A stretch of DNA of 64,000 nt, taken from NCBI GenBank assembly GCA_963805975.1, contig CAWDVR010000006.1, positions 264,800 to 328,799 of the forward strand, written 5' to 3'. This document shows positions 29,145-41,639 of this stretch, piece by piece. This stretch comes from an uncultured Acidobacteriota bacterium. Its GTDB lineage: Bacteria; Acidobacteriota; Thermoanaerobaculia; Multivoradales; SZUA-115. Numbering within the stretch: the stretch's first letter is position 1; each line of letters opens with the position of its first letter. The position numbers and the translations under genes are program-made. Below the pieces are notes generated by a model. The model was not told the origin of the DNA. It saw only the letters and a list, made by a program, of their open reading frames with translations, and did not search any database.

Positions 29145-30149
29145 ATGATCAGACTGCCCAAGCTCGTCACCCGCTCCCTGCTCGCGGCAGTGGCGCTCGC
29201 CGCCCTCGGTTTCACCCTGGCTCTGGTGATGATCCTGTGGAGCGATCCGGTGTTCGGCCACCTGCCCGACACCTCGCCGGAAGCGCTCGCCGCCTCCGGC
29301 ATCAGCTTCGAGCAGCCCTACCCGGCCGCGGAGCGTCCCTTCCGCATGCCCGACGGGACCGTGCTCGCCGCCCAGTACCTGGCCTCGGGTGGAGAGACCA
29401 CCATCGTGCTCGTGCACGGCATCCTCGGCGCGAGCTTCCTGCTCAACCGCCCTTCCGGCCTGCTCCGCGAGGCGACCGGTGCGGAGGTGGTGACGATCGA
29501 CCTCCGCGGCCACGGGTTCTCCGGGGGCAAGCCGGGGGACACCGACTACACCGGCCAGTACGAGGACGACCTGGGCGAGGTGGTGCGGCAGATCCGCGCC
29601 GCGCGCCCCGGCTGCAAGGTGGTCCTGGCCGGGCACTCGATGGGCGGCGGGATCGCGCTCCGCTACGCAGAGCGGGCCGGACTGCCGCCGGTGGACGGCT
29701 ACCTGCTGCTGGCGCCCTACCTCGGCTGGATCTCGCCGACCACCCGCAAGGAGCCCACCGAGGCCGAGGCCCAGGCCGAGTTCATGAAGGTCCACCTGTC
29801 ACGCATTCTCGGCCTGAAGCTGCTGAACGTGGCCGGGATCACCGCCTTCAACGGGCTGCGCACCCAGTTCTTCAACATGCCGCCCGAGCTGCCCCTGCGC
29901 TCCTACTCCTACCGCGCCTCGGAAGGCCAGGGGCCGGCGGACTACCGGCAGGCACTGGCGGCGGTCCAGGCGCCGCTCCTGGTCGTCGTCGGCAGCCTGG
30001 ACGAGGCTTTCGTGGCGGAGAAGTACGAGGGCGTGATCCGGGACTACAGCCACGGCACGGTCACGATCGTCCCGGAGGCGACCCACAACGGCGTGATGAA
30101 CGATCCTCGGACCATGGCGGCTGTCCAGGCGTGGGTCACGAAGCTCTGA
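29145..30149 (+). CDS. Alpha/beta hydrolase with N-terminal TM
   Basis: 'VHG', 'DLRGHG', GHSMGG nucleophile, 'GSLDE', 'THNG'. Confidence 0.9.
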   Translation: MIRLPKLVTRSLLAAVALAALGFTLALVMILWSDPVFGHLPDTSPEALAASGISFEQPYPAAERPFRMPDGTVLAAQYLASGGETTIVLVHGILGASFLLNRPSGLLREATGAEVVTIDLRGHGFSGGKPGDTDYTGQYEDDLGEVVRQIRAARPGCKVVLAGHSMGGGIALRYAERAGLPPVDGYLLLAPYLGWISPTTRKEPTEAEAQAEFMKVHLSRILGLKLLNVAGITAFNGLRTQFFNMPPELPLRSYSYRASEGQGPADYRQALAAVQAPLLVVVGSLDEAFVAEKYEGVIRDYSHGTVTIVPEATHNGVMNDPRTMAAVQAWVTKL

Positions 30150-30184
30150 AGTTTCTGGTTTGACGCCAAAAAGACAGTCTCGCC

Positions 30185-31126
30185 TCAGGCTTGGATCGCC
30201 GCAATCTCAGCCATCATGCAGCGTACGCTCCCGCCGCCATGGGTCTCGATGACCTCGAGCGGGACGCTGACGAGCCTCGCGTGCCTCTCGAAAGCCGCGA
30301 CCTGGGCGGGGTCGAGAGCCTGCCTGGCGCACTCGGAGGCAAACACGACCGTCTCGCCTGACGCTGAGCAGAGCTCGAGGACATTCCCGGCAAAGGCATG
30401 CATCTGCGAGAGGCTCAGCGCCAGGATCTCGTGCCCCGTGTCCAGCAGCGAATATTCAACGGCCCGACGCTCGCGGGCATCGACGACGCTCTCGAGGCAG
30501 GCGACCGCCAGGCCAGCTCCTACAGACATCACCACGTTGGTGTGGTACACCGGCGCGCCGGACCTGTCGGCGGCAGCAAACACCACCGGCCGGTAGTCCG
30601 TCTCCTGGCACCAAAGATCCACCAGCGAGCGGTCGGTCCGCGGCGAGATGCTGGCGTAGGCAACCCCATGGATCCGATCCAGCACGAGGCTGCCGGTGCC
30701 CTCCAAGTAACGCCCCTCGGCAGCGTGGCTCGTAAGGTCCAGGATCCTTCGGGCACCGAACACTCCCGAGCTATCCAGGGCATCGACGATGTCGCGCCTC
30801 ACCTCTTCCCGCCGGGTTGGCGCCATCATCGGATAGAGGACGACTGTCCCGTCTTCGTGAAAGGAGATCCAGTTGTTCGGGAAGACCGCATCCGGGCTCT
30901 TTCCCTCGGTGAGGTCGTCGAAGCTGTGGACGTCGATACCGGCGAGCCTCAAGGCGTCGACCAGGCAATCGAACTCCGCTCGGGCACGCTCCGCAAGGAT
31001 GGCCCTGTCGAACCCCGTGTCGCGCTCTTGAAACCAGTTGGTCGAGGCCGTTTCCTCATTGAACGAGAAGTTCGCCGGCCGGACGACGAGAACCCTGGAC
31101 GCACGACCTGTGCCTCGAGTCGCCAT
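30185..31126 (-). CDS. Amidinotransferase/arginine-deiminase-related hydrolase (CtlX-like)
   Basis: 'PDAVFPNNW', 'LEGTGS', 'YHTNV', 'GGGSVRCM' catalytic Cys. Confidence 0.9.
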   Translation of the reverse strand: MATRGTGRASRVLVVRPANFSFNEETASTNWFQERDTGFDRAILAERARAEFDCLVDALRLAGIDVHSFDDLTEGKSPDAVFPNNWISFHEDGTVVLYPMMAPTRREEVRRDIVDALDSSGVFGARRILDLTSHAAEGRYLEGTGSLVLDRIHGVAYASISPRTDRSLVDLWCQETDYRPVVFAAADRSGAPVYHTNVVMSVGAGLAVACLESVVDARERRAVEYSLLDTGHEILALSLSQMHAFAGNVLELCSASGETVVFASECARQALDPAQVAAFERHARLVSVPLEVIETHGGGSVRCMMAEIAAIQA

Positions 31127-31140
31127 GGATCCGTGGCCCA

Positions 31141-31773
31141 CTACGCGTTGACGAAGAACCGCGCGAGCACCTGCGCCAGGTAGGTCACCATCAACACGCC
31201 TCCCCCCCAATAGACGAAGACCGCCGCCCTCTTGTAGATCTGCTGCCTGGCATTGACGACTCCGGCCATCGCGAAATTCTCTCGCCAGACTGCCGCTGCG
31301 GCTTCCTTCCCATCGTGGCGCTTCACCGAATCGACGAAGCGCTCCCACGTGCCGTGCTGAATCACGTGGTCGGTGAGGAAATGACTCTCCGTGTCGCCGA
31401 TCGTTGGAGAGATCCCTCTGATGATCCGGTAGATGGCCAGAATGAACAGCAGTGCCGTGATCACGGATGCCGCGAACAGCAGGGTGCGGACGTGCCCGTA
31501 GGTCCCTTCTGCGGAGAGGACGCTTTCGAGTAGCACTCCACTGGCTGCGAGGCCACCCAGCGCCACGGTCAGGATCTTCGTCAGGCGCACCTCGTTGGTC
31601 TGGTTCGTCCGCATCGTGTAGTCGAGGTAGGCAAGCGAATATTGAATCGGCACCGGAGGTTCCGGTGTCGACGGCATGCCTGGCAGTAGGGTCTCGTCGG
31701 TGTCAGCCTCTGGTCCAACGAGTTTGGCCGCGCGCTGGCGCCCGCCGCCGGGAGCACCTTGATCCTCAGTCAT
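31141..31773 (-). CDS. 3-TM membrane protein resembling Pycsar effector domain (PycTM/DUF5706)
   Basis: Topology helix-TM-TM-Pro-loop ('SPTIGDTESHFLTDHV..WERF')-helix ('VWRENFAMAGVVNARQQIYKRA')-TM; motifs diverged. Confidence 0.55.
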   Translation of the reverse strand: MTEDQGAPGGGRQRAAKLVGPEADTDETLLPGMPSTPEPPVPIQYSLAYLDYTMRTNQTNEVRLTKILTVALGGLAASGVLLESVLSAEGTYGHVRTLLFAASVITALLFILAIYRIIRGISPTIGDTESHFLTDHVIQHGTWERFVDSVKRHDGKEAAAAVWRENFAMAGVVNARQQIYKRAAVFVYWGGGVLMVTYLAQVLARFFVNA

Positions 31774-31835
31774 AGTTCGATCCTCGCAGCGATTTTAGCG
31801 AAAGCGGGTCCGCCAGCAACCGCTTCGCCGCCATG

Positions 31836-32021
31836 TCACAGACCACGCTCGTGGTCGTCTGCTTTCGGGCGGCCTCCGGCAACTGGCTGAGTAGGCTCGG
31901 TGGTCGCTGGTAGGTGCGCCGCCGACGCGAGCGCAGCGGGCAGGTCCGCGAAGTAGGCGGCGGCGAAGCTCGACCAAAGGCCGTCCACCTGGGCGTCGAG
32001 GTCGAGCGGCTCGAGAGTCAT
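31836..32021 (-). CDS. Possible small hypothetical protein or gene remnant (MTLEPLDL...)
   Basis: ATG with GAGG upstream; no recognisable domain. Confidence 0.3.
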   Translation of the reverse strand: MTLEPLDLDAQVDGLWSSFAAAYFADLPAALASAAHLPATTEPTQPVAGGRPKADDHERGL

Positions 32022-32062
32022 GGCGCCCGGCCTCTCGGCACCGCGCGGACTTTCATCCCGCT

Positions 32063-32677
32063 TCAGTAGCGGCAGATGCAGCGGAGCGAGGAGATCTGAT
32101 CGTTCCAGTCGTCGCCTACGGAGCGGTAGGAGCCGGACGGGACGGTCCGCGAAGCACCGCGAAAGTCGTAGTCCTGGTAGACCTCCAGGCGGCAGCCGCG
32201 GGGGACCTTGAGCGAAGAGAACTGGTCGTTCCAGCCGTCGTCGAGGCGCCGGTAGGGAGCATTGCTCTCGGCGAGCAGGCTCCCGCCCCCGAAGTCCATG
32301 TGCTGGAAGAGCTCGCAGGAGCGGGGACCGGCCATCTCGTCGCAGGAGCAGCGGGCGGAGGAGATCTCGTCGTTCCACAGACTTCCGACGTCACTCGCAT
32401 CACCGGTGAAGGCCCTGCGATCTCCGGCATACTTCCGGTGCTGGTACACGGTGAGCTTGCAGCCGCGGTCGACCTTGACCGACGAGACGCGGTCGTTCCA
32501 ACTGCCGGGAAGGGCGTTCGACTCCTCGCCGGAGTCCAGGAAGTAAGCCTCTCCCTTGTACCTCGTGTGCTCGTACAGCGTACACGCCGCGCCAGCCGGG
32601 TTCGCGCCGATCCAGGAAAGAAGCCCTGCCAGTAGAGCGAGTGGGTACGCGCGATGAGCTTGCCTCGAAGAGTGCAT
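32063..32677 (-). CDS. Secreted beta/gamma-crystallin-domain protein (4 Greek-key motifs)
   Basis: Signal peptide; four (Y/F).H..(Y/F).G ... WND..SS repeats. Confidence 0.88.
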   Translation of the reverse strand: MHSSRQAHRAYPLALLAGLLSWIGANPAGAACTLYEHTRYKGEAYFLDSGEESNALPGSWNDRVSSVKVDRGCKLTVYQHRKYAGDRRAFTGDASDVGSLWNDEISSARCSCDEMAGPRSCELFQHMDFGGGSLLAESNAPYRRLDDGWNDQFSSLKVPRGCRLEVYQDYDFRGASRTVPSGSYRSVGDDWNDQISSLRCICRY

Positions 32678-32850
32678 CGTCCGCTCCTGGTGAATCTGGA
32701 AGAGCTTGCGTTCTCGTTCACCGCGATCGGAGGCGACTCTACCTCACCTCCAAGCAGGTGCAGCCGCGCTCCAGAAACGCGGCATAGCGGGTAGCGGCGG
32801 TTCGCTGATTCACCAGCCGCTGTCGAGCGACGTCCACGTCGAGGAGCCGG

Positions 32851-33240
32851 CTACCCCCTGGCCTCGGCGAGCAGGTTGGCGTCGCGGAAGAGAACCCAGG
32901 CGCCGGCCTCCTTCTTCAGGACCGAGAGCGTGTAGCCGGAGCGCTTGGTGGGCTCGCCGCCGTTCCGGGGCGTGATGACCACCGAGAGCCGGGTCCAGAG
33001 GTAGGCCCAGTCTCCGAGCACCTGGATCTCCTGAATCTCGCTCTGGCCGTCGATCTCGACTCCCGCGAGCTCTGCCTGGGCCGCCGCGAACGTGGCCTTG
33101 CCACGCATGGGCGGCTGGCCGGGCACGAGAAACACGACATCCTCAGCCATGAGGCTCAGCACCGTTTCCGTATCCCCGGCTTTCGAGGCGCTCATCCAGG
33201 TCTCAACGAGCTGTCTGATCGCCTGCTCATCACTTTGCAT
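32851..33240 (-). CDS. NTF2/SnoaL-like protein (SgcJ/EcaC, DUF4440 type)
   Basis: 'DEQAIRQLVETW...GD', 'DVVFLVPG', 'GDWAY', 'RDANL'. Confidence 0.85.
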   Translation of the reverse strand: MQSDEQAIRQLVETWMSASKAGDTETVLSLMAEDVVFLVPGQPPMRGKATFAAAQAELAGVEIDGQSEIQEIQVLGDWAYLWTRLSVVITPRNGGEPTKRSGYTLSVLKKEAGAWVLFRDANLLAEARG

Positions 33241-33329
33241 AAGGCCTCCCAGAGTGCGGCGTGCCACCTACTCGCGCGGCCGCAGGCGCTTGGCGCAGCG
33301 GGATCGTAGCCTAGGCCACGCCGCCCCCC

Positions 33330-35908
33330 TCACTCCTCCCGCAGCGCCACCGCCGGGCTCGTCCGCGCCATCTTCCACGCCGGGTACAGTCCAGCGAGCA
33401 GGGCCGCGGCCACGGCGAGGAGCACGGCCTGGGCCAGGACGCCGGGGTCGAGGGCCAGGTCCAGGCGCCAGCCGAAGGAGCGGCGGTTGATGACGTAGAC
33501 CATGAGCGCCGCGAGGAGCGTGCCCACCGGCAGGGCGAGCAGCCCCGCGGTGAGGCCCATCAGGCCCGTCTGGCCGGCCACCAGGCCCCAGATGCTCCGC
33601 GGCTCGAGGCCCAGGGCGCGCAGCACGCCGATCTCCTTTGCCCGCTCGAGCTCCAGGGCCATGAGCGAGGCCACCACGCCGATGAAGGCCACCAGCCCGG
33701 CCAGGAAGCGCAGCACGCCGGTGATCAGGAACGTCCGGTCGAAGACCTCGAGCGAGGCGGCCTTCAAGGCGCGGGTGGCACGGATCTCGAGATCCACGCC
33801 GCTGCCGGCGGCGACCTGCTGGAGCCCATGCGCCACGGCATCGGGCTCGGCGCCCGGCGCCACGAACACGGCGAGCGCCGAGTGGCCGCGGGCCCGCCAG
33901 AAGCGCTCGAAGCCCTGCCGGCTGAGCATCACGGCGCCCTGGTCGCTCGAATAGTCGGCGTAGACGCCGCCCACCTCGAAGGCTCGCTCTCCCTCGTCCG
34001 TCCGCAGGGTGAGGCGCGAGCCCGGCACCAGGCCGCGGTGGTAGGCGAGGGGCTCGGAGACCAGGATCGCCTCCCCGCGGTCGAAAGCCGGCCACAAGGC
34101 CGCCGGGTCGCCGGCCGTGAGGCTGAGCGAGGCTTTGCCCCGCGAGTCGAGGTTGAGGGCCTTGAGCATCGTGCCGCCGTCGGCGGTGGGCAGCCAGGAG
34201 ACGAGCAGGGTGTTGATGCGCTCGACACCGGGTGCCGAGCGGAAGCGGGCGAGGAGCGCGTCGTCGATCGGCGGCGGCAGGCCGGAGCGGGCGGCCGAGA
34301 TGTACACGTCCGCCGCCAGCGTGCTTTCGAGCCACTGCACGACGGCGCCGCGGAAGCTGCCCACCATCAGGCCGATGCCGATCGTCACCGACACCGCGAC
34401 CATCAGGCTGGCGACCGCCACCGCGGTCCGCGAGAGCGTGGTCTCGACGCTCCCCGCGGCCATCCGCCCGAGCAGGCCGAAGGCCCGGCCGAGGAGCGGG
34501 CGCGCGGCGCGCGCGGCGAGGAGCGTGGCGCCCGGCGCCAGGCAGGCGCAGGCGAGGATGGCGGCGAAGAGGCCGGCGAAGGCCACGGCGACGGAGCGCC
34601 CCGGGAGCGCGAGCAGCAGGCCGCAGAGCGCGAAGCCGGCCACGGCGGCGAGCGCCAGCCGGGGAAGCGCGCGGCGACTCTTCTCCTCGGCGAGAGAGCG
34701 GAGCATCACCGCGCGGGGCGGGGTGCGGGTGGCCTCGAGCGCCGGTGGCAGGGCGGCGAGGAGCGTGGCACCGAGGCCCAGGAGCGCCGGCCCGGCGAGC
34801 AGCCAGGCCGAGACCTCGACCCGCGATACGGTCGCCGTGAAGTAGAAGTCGGAGACCGTGCGGGAGACGAGCTGCACCAGCCCGCGCGCCAGCAGGAGCC
34901 CGAGCGGCAGCCCGAGCGCGGTGCCCGCGAGGCCCACCACCAGCGCCTCGCCCAGGACCAGGCCGAAGACCTCGCGGCGGGACACGCCCAGAGCGCGCAG
35001 CATGCCGAGAAGCGGCCGGCGCTGCACCACGGAGAAGGTCATGGTGTTGTAGATCAGGAAGGCGCCGCAGACCAGCGCCAGGAGCGACAGCGCCCTCAAG
35101 TTCAGCCGGAAGGCGGCGGACATCTCGGTGATCGCCCGCGAGCGGGTGCCCACCTCGACGAGCTCGGCGTTGGCCGGCAGCAGGGCGCGGACCCGCGCCA
35201 GCATCGCCTCGCCGGTGTCGCCGGCGGGCACGATCAGGTCGATGCGCGACAGGAGCCCGAGCCCGCCCGTCAGCTCCTGGGCGGTCGCGATGTCGGCGAT
35301 CACCAGGTCGGCGAGCGCGCGGCGGGAGAGCTCGTCGGCGCCCGCGAGAGTGCCGGCGAGGTGCAGGGTGTGGGTCCGGCCTCCCAGGCGCAGCTCGAAG
35401 GTGCTCCCCGGCGTGAGATCCAGCTCGCGGGCCGTGGTCTCGGCGAGGAGAGCCGTGGCCGGCTGTGCCAGAAAGCCGGCGAGGTCCACGCCGCGCCCGC
35501 CGAGGCCCGTGCCCGAACGGCCGCGCCCAAAGAGGACCGGGCGAAACGGCCGCTCGGCGAAGGGGTCCACGCCCAGCAGCCGGAGGGTGCGGCCCGGAAG
35601 AGTGGACCCGGGAGCGGCCGGCAGATTCGCAGCAGCGTCCACCACCGGCGCCAGCCCGACGCCGGTGCCCGCCAGCCGGAGACGCCGGTAGAGGTCGTCC
35701 GGCAGGCCGGAGGGTCCGCCCAGGATCTGGTGTGTGGCCCGGCCGGCCACGGTCTCGGTGGCCAGGCCGAACGCCGCGAGCGCGCTCGAGTTGGCGAGGC
35801 CGATCGCCGCCACCACGGCCACGCCGAGCGCAACTCCCAGGACTGCGAGACCGGCCTGCCACGGATGGCGGGCGAGGCCGCGCCGGCTGGCCCTCCTCAG
35901 CAGGGGGC

Positions 35909-35912
<4 letters not shown>
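33330..35912 (-). CDS. FtsX/MacB-type ABC permease (AttF/G-like, duplicated halves)
   Basis: Two periplasmic plus TM halves; 'LGMLRALG', 'EIGVLRALG', 'INRRSFGW'. Confidence 0.92.
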
Positions 35913-36649
<737 letters not shown>

Positions 36650-36751
36650 CGTACACTAGCGGCGACTAGCGACAGGCTCGGGCGAGCGCATAGCATGCGC
36701 CGGTCGAAGGCAGCGGGGGCAGCCCGCGGTCGGGTCCCAGGGGAGGCCGTG

Positions 36752-39700
36752 ATGCACGCGAGCGACGAGGCGTTGAGAAACGAGACGATCAACAAGGTGG
36801 CGGCCGAGGTGCGGCAGCGCCTGGACCGCAAGGCCGGACCGGCGGCCGAGCGGTTCGCGCAGCGCTTCTACGCCCAGATCTCGATGGACGACCTGCGCGC
36901 CCGCCCGCTCAACGAGCTGGCCGGGGCCGCCCTCTCGCTGTGGTCGCTCGCCAGGGTGCGCCGTCCTGGCGAGGCCCTGGTCCGGGTGTTCGCCCCCGAG
37001 CTCGCGGAGCACGGCTGGGCCTCGAGCCACACGGTGGTGCAGGTGGTCAACGACGACATGCCGTTTCTGGTCGACTCGGTGGCGGCGGCGCTCTCCGAGC
37101 GCGGGCTCGAGCCCCACCTGATCCTTCACCCCGTGGCTCGCCTGAGCCGCAACGAGGCCGGCGAGGTGACCGAGCTGGCCGACGGCGACGGCGCCTCCGC
37201 CGCCGAGGCGCGGGCAGAGTCCCTGATGTATTTCGAAGTGGATCGCGTCCCGTCCGCGGGCGAGCGCGAGGCGCTGCGCCAGGAGATCCTCCGCGTGCTG
37301 GCCCTGGTGCGCTCCGCGGTCGAGGACTGGCAGGTGATGCAGGAGCGCCTCGCCGGGCTGGTCCGCGAGCTCAAGGAGAGCCCGCCGCCGCTCCCCGAAG
37401 GCGAGGTGGCAGAGACCCTCGCCTTCCTCGAGTGGCTGGGCGAGAACAACTTCACCTTCCTGGGCTTCCGCGACTACGACATCAGCCAGCGCGGCGGCCG
37501 CGACTATCTCGAGGCGGTGCCCGGTTCCGGCCTCGGCATCCTGCGCGACGCGCTGCGCGAGCGGCCGTCGCAGCCGCGTGAGCTGTCGCCCGAGATGAGC
37601 CGTTTCGCGCGCCGGCCGGAGCTGGTGGTGGTCACCAAGACCAACGGCCGCTCCAAGGTCCACCGGCCGAGCCACATGGACTACATCGGCATCAAGCGCT
37701 TCGACGCCGCCGGCAACCTGCTGGGCGAGCGGCGCTTTCAGGGCCTCTTCACCTCCTCCTCGTACCGCCAGTCGGCCGAGAAGGTGCCCCAGCTCCGCCG
37801 CAAGGTGCGCCAGGTGCTCGAGAAGGCAGGTTTCTCACCTTCGAGCCACGACGGCAAGGCCCTGGCCCACATCATCGAGACCTTCCCCCGCGACGAGCTG
37901 TTCCAGATCACCGAGCACGACCTCTACGAGACGGCGATGGGCATCCTGCGCCTGGCCGAGCGGCGGCGGATCGCCCTCTTCGTGAGGAAGGACGGCTTCG
38001 AGCGCTTCGTCGCCTGCCAGGTCTACGTGCCCAAGGACCATTACGACACCGACCTGCGCAAGCGCATGGAGCGCATCCTCGAGCGGGCCTTCCAGGGCAC
38101 GCTCGGCGCCGCCTACACCCAGGTCAGCGAGGAGCCGCTGGCCCGCATCCAGTTCTTCCTCTCGACCGTTCCCGGGCAGGTGCCGGACTACGACGTGACG
38201 GCGATCGAGGCGGAGCTGACGCGCGCCGCCCGCACCTGGACCGACGACCTCGCCCACACGCTCGCCGCCGAGCGCGGCGAGGAGAAGGGCAACGCACTCC
38301 TCCGGCGCTACGCGGCGGCCTTTCCCGCCGCCTATCGCGAGGCCTTCCGGCCGAGCGACACCGGCACCGACATCGACCGCGTCGAGCAGGTGCTCGCCAC
38401 CGGGCAGCTCGACATCTACCTCTACAAGCCGATCGGCGCCGCTCCCCACGAGGCGAGCTGCAAGGTCTACAGCAGCGCCGAGACCATGTCGCTGTCCTCC
38501 GTGCTGCCGCTGTTCGAGAACCTGGGGTTCAACGTGCTGGCCGAGCGGCCGTTCGAGATCGAGCCGGCGGGCGCCGCGACCTCGGTCTGGATCCGCGACT
38601 TCGAGCTCGCCACGGCCGACGGCGCGGCGCTCGATCTCGGCGAGGTCCGCGCGCCGGTCGAGGCCGCCTTCCTCGCCACCGTGGCCGGGGAGGCGGAGAA
38701 CGATGCCTTCAACCGCCTGGTGCTGGCGGCGCGCCTGCCCTGGCGCCAGGTGGTGGTGCTGCGCGCCTACGCGCGCTACCTCCGCCAGACCGGCACCGCC
38801 TTCAGCCAGGAGACCCTGGCGCAGGCCCTGGCGAGGAACGCCGGTCTCGCCCGCCTGCTGATCGAGCTCTTCATCGCGAGCTTCGACCCGGACGCGCCCC
38901 AGGACAAGGACGAAACCAACGGCGCCGAGACGACGGGTGGAGCAGCTCCGGGGCGAGGTGGAGGCCGCGCTCGACGCGGTCAGCAACCCCACCGAGGACG
39001 AGATCCTGCGCCGCTTCCTGAACCTGGTGGACAGTACGCTGCGCACCAACTTCTTCCAGCACGCGCCCGGCGGCCCGCACGAGGCGGAGACCGGCCGCGC
39101 CGGAGGGCCCAAGCCGTACCTCTCGCTGAAGCTCGACTCGCGCCAGGTCCTCGATCTGCCCAAGCCGCGGCCGATGTTCGAGGTCTTCGTCTACTCGCCG
39201 CGCGTCGAGGCCATCCACCTGCGCGGCGGCATGGTGGCGCGGGGCGGCATCCGCTGGTCGGACCGGCCGGAGGACTTCCGCACCGAGGTGCTGGGGCTGA
39301 TGAAGGCGCAGATGGTGAAGAACGCGGTCATCGTGCCGGTAGGCGCGAAGGGCGGCTTCATCGTCAAGCGGCCGCAGGCCGACCGCCAGGCCCAGGCGGA
39401 GGAGGGGATCGCCTGCTACAAGACCCTGGTGCGGGGCCTCCTCGACCTGACCGACAACTACCGCGGGCAGGAGGTGGTGCCGCCGCCGCGGGTGGTGAAG
39501 AAGGACGGCGACGACCCCTACCTGGTGGTGGCCGCGGACAAGGGCACGGCGACCTTCTCCGACATCGCCAACTCGGTCTCCGCCGAGTACCGGCACTGGC
39601 TGGGCGACGCCTTCGCCTCCGGCGGCTCGGCCGGCTACGACCACAAGGGCATGGCGATCACCGCCCGCGGCGGCTGGGAGTCGGTGAAGCGCCACTTCCG

Positions 39701-41629
39701 GGAGATGGACCGCGACTGCCAGACCCAGGACTTCACCTGCGTGGGCGTGGGCGACATGGCGGGCGACGTGTTCGGCAACGGCATGCTGCGCTCGCGCCAC
39801 ACCAGGCTGCTGGCCGCCTTCAACCACATGCACATCTTCGTCGACCCGAACCCGGACCCGGAGGCGAGCTTCGTCGAGCGCCAGCGCCTCTTCGACCTGC
39901 CGCGCTCCACCTGGCGCGACTACGACCCGGCCAAGATCTCGGCCGGCGGCGCCGTCTTCGACCGCGGCCAGAAGTCGATCCCGGTCAGCACCGAGATGCG
40001 CCGCGCGCTGGGGATCGAGGGGACCTCGGCGACGCCCAGCCAGCTCATCCGGGCGATCCTCAAGGCCGACGTCGACCTGCTCTGGTTCGGCGGCATCGGC
40101 ACCTACGTCAAGGCCTCGGACGAGACCCATGCCCAGGTCAACGACCGCGCTAACGACGCCCTGCGCATCGACGGCAAGGAGCTGCGCGCCAAGGTGATCG
40201 GCGAGGGCGCGAACCTCGGGCTCACACAGCGCGGCCGGGTGGAGTTCGCGCTCGCCAGGGGTGGCCGGCTCAACACCGACGCCATCGACAACTCGGGCGG
40301 CGTCGACTGCTCGGACCACGAGGTCAACATCAAGATCCTGCTCAACGAGGTGGTGGCGGGCGGCGATCTGACCCTGAAGCAGCGCGACCAGCTCCTCGAG
40401 CAGATGACGAACGAGGTGGCGGAGCTGGTGCTGCGCGACAACTACCTCCAGACCCAGGCGATCACCGTTGCCGAATCGCAAGGGGTGGCGGGCCTCGACC
40501 GGCAGGTGCGGCTGATCCGCGAGCTGGAGCGCGCCGGCCGCCTGGACCGCGCGCTCGAGGGCCTGCCCGACGACGAGGACCTGGCCGACCGCCAGCGCGC
40601 CGGCAAGGGCCTGACGCGCCCGGAGCTCGCCGTTCTCCTCGCCTACAGCAAGATCACCCTCTACGACTCGCTCCTCGCCTCCGACCTGCCGGATGACGCG
40701 CTGGTGGCCGAGGATCTGTTCCTCTACTTCCCGACGCCGCTGCGCGAGCGGTTCCCGGACCCGGTCCGCGCCCACCGCCTGCGCCGCGAGATCATCGCCA
40801 CCCACGTCACCAACAGCATGGTGAACCGCGTGGGCCCGACCTTCGTGGCGCGCGTGCAGTCGGCGACCGGCGCCGGTGCCCCGGACGTCGCCAAGGCCTA
40901 TGCCATGGCTCGCGACGCCTTCGAGCTGCGTTCGATCTGGGCTGCGATCGAGGGGCTGGACAACCAGGTCCCCGCCGCGGCGCAGACCGCCATGCTGCAC
41001 GAGACCAAGACGCTGGTGGAGTTCGCCACGTTGTGGTTCCTGCGCCGCCGGGTGGAGGACGTGACCGAGACCATGACCGTGTTCCGCCCCGGCATCGCGG
41101 CGCTCGCCGCCAACCCGGACGAGCTGCTCTCCGGCGCCGACCTCGCGCACCTGCGCCGCAACCAGAAGCGCTTCGAGAAGCAGGGCGTGCCCGAGGCCCT
41201 GGCGGCGCGGGTCTCGAGCCTCGACATGCTGGCCTCGGCGCTCGACATCGTGGACCTGGCGCGGGAGCGCCAGCGTTCCGTCGAGGAGGTGGCGAAGGTC
41301 TACTTCCAGGTCGGCACGCGCTTCGGCTTCGACTGGCTGCGCGAGGAGGCCGAGAAGCTCGCGGCCGACACCCCGTGGCAGCGCGAGGCCAAGGCGACGA
41401 TGGTGCAGGAGCTCTACGACCAGCAGAGCGCCATCGCCCGCCAGGTGCTCACCGCCGCGTCCAGCCGGAGCGTCGGCGAAAGCCGCCCTCGACCACTGGG
41501 CCGAGAGCCGCGAAGCGGTGGCCCGGCGCAGCCGCGAGCAGATCACCGAGCTCAAAGCCGCGGGCACGCTCGACTACGCCATGCTCGCCGTCGCCAGGCA
41601 CCAGCTTGGCGGGGCTGGTGGCAGGGTAG
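36752..41629 (+). CDS. gdhB: Large NAD-specific glutamate dehydrogenase; apparent frameshifts near 38930, 41490 and 41607
   Basis: 'DDMPFLVDSV', 'VARGGIRWSDRPEDFRTEVLGLMKAQMVKN', 'YLVVAADKGTATFSD', 'NTDAIDNSGGVDCSDHEVNIK' spread over consecutive frames. Confidence 0.9.
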
Positions 41630-41639
41630 GGGAGCCGCG

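Noticed and set aside
28445-30163. 572-aa permease
   Set aside because: Read-through caused by an indel near 29048; the true permease ends at 29120.
30150-33330. Integron cassette array
   Set aside because: Small co-oriented lower-GC genes, but I found no attC (RYYYAAC...GTTRRRY) sites and no IntI.
38925-38945. Programmed ribosomal frameshift in GDH
   Set aside because: No slippery heptamer seen, and many similar indels elsewhere point to sequencing error.
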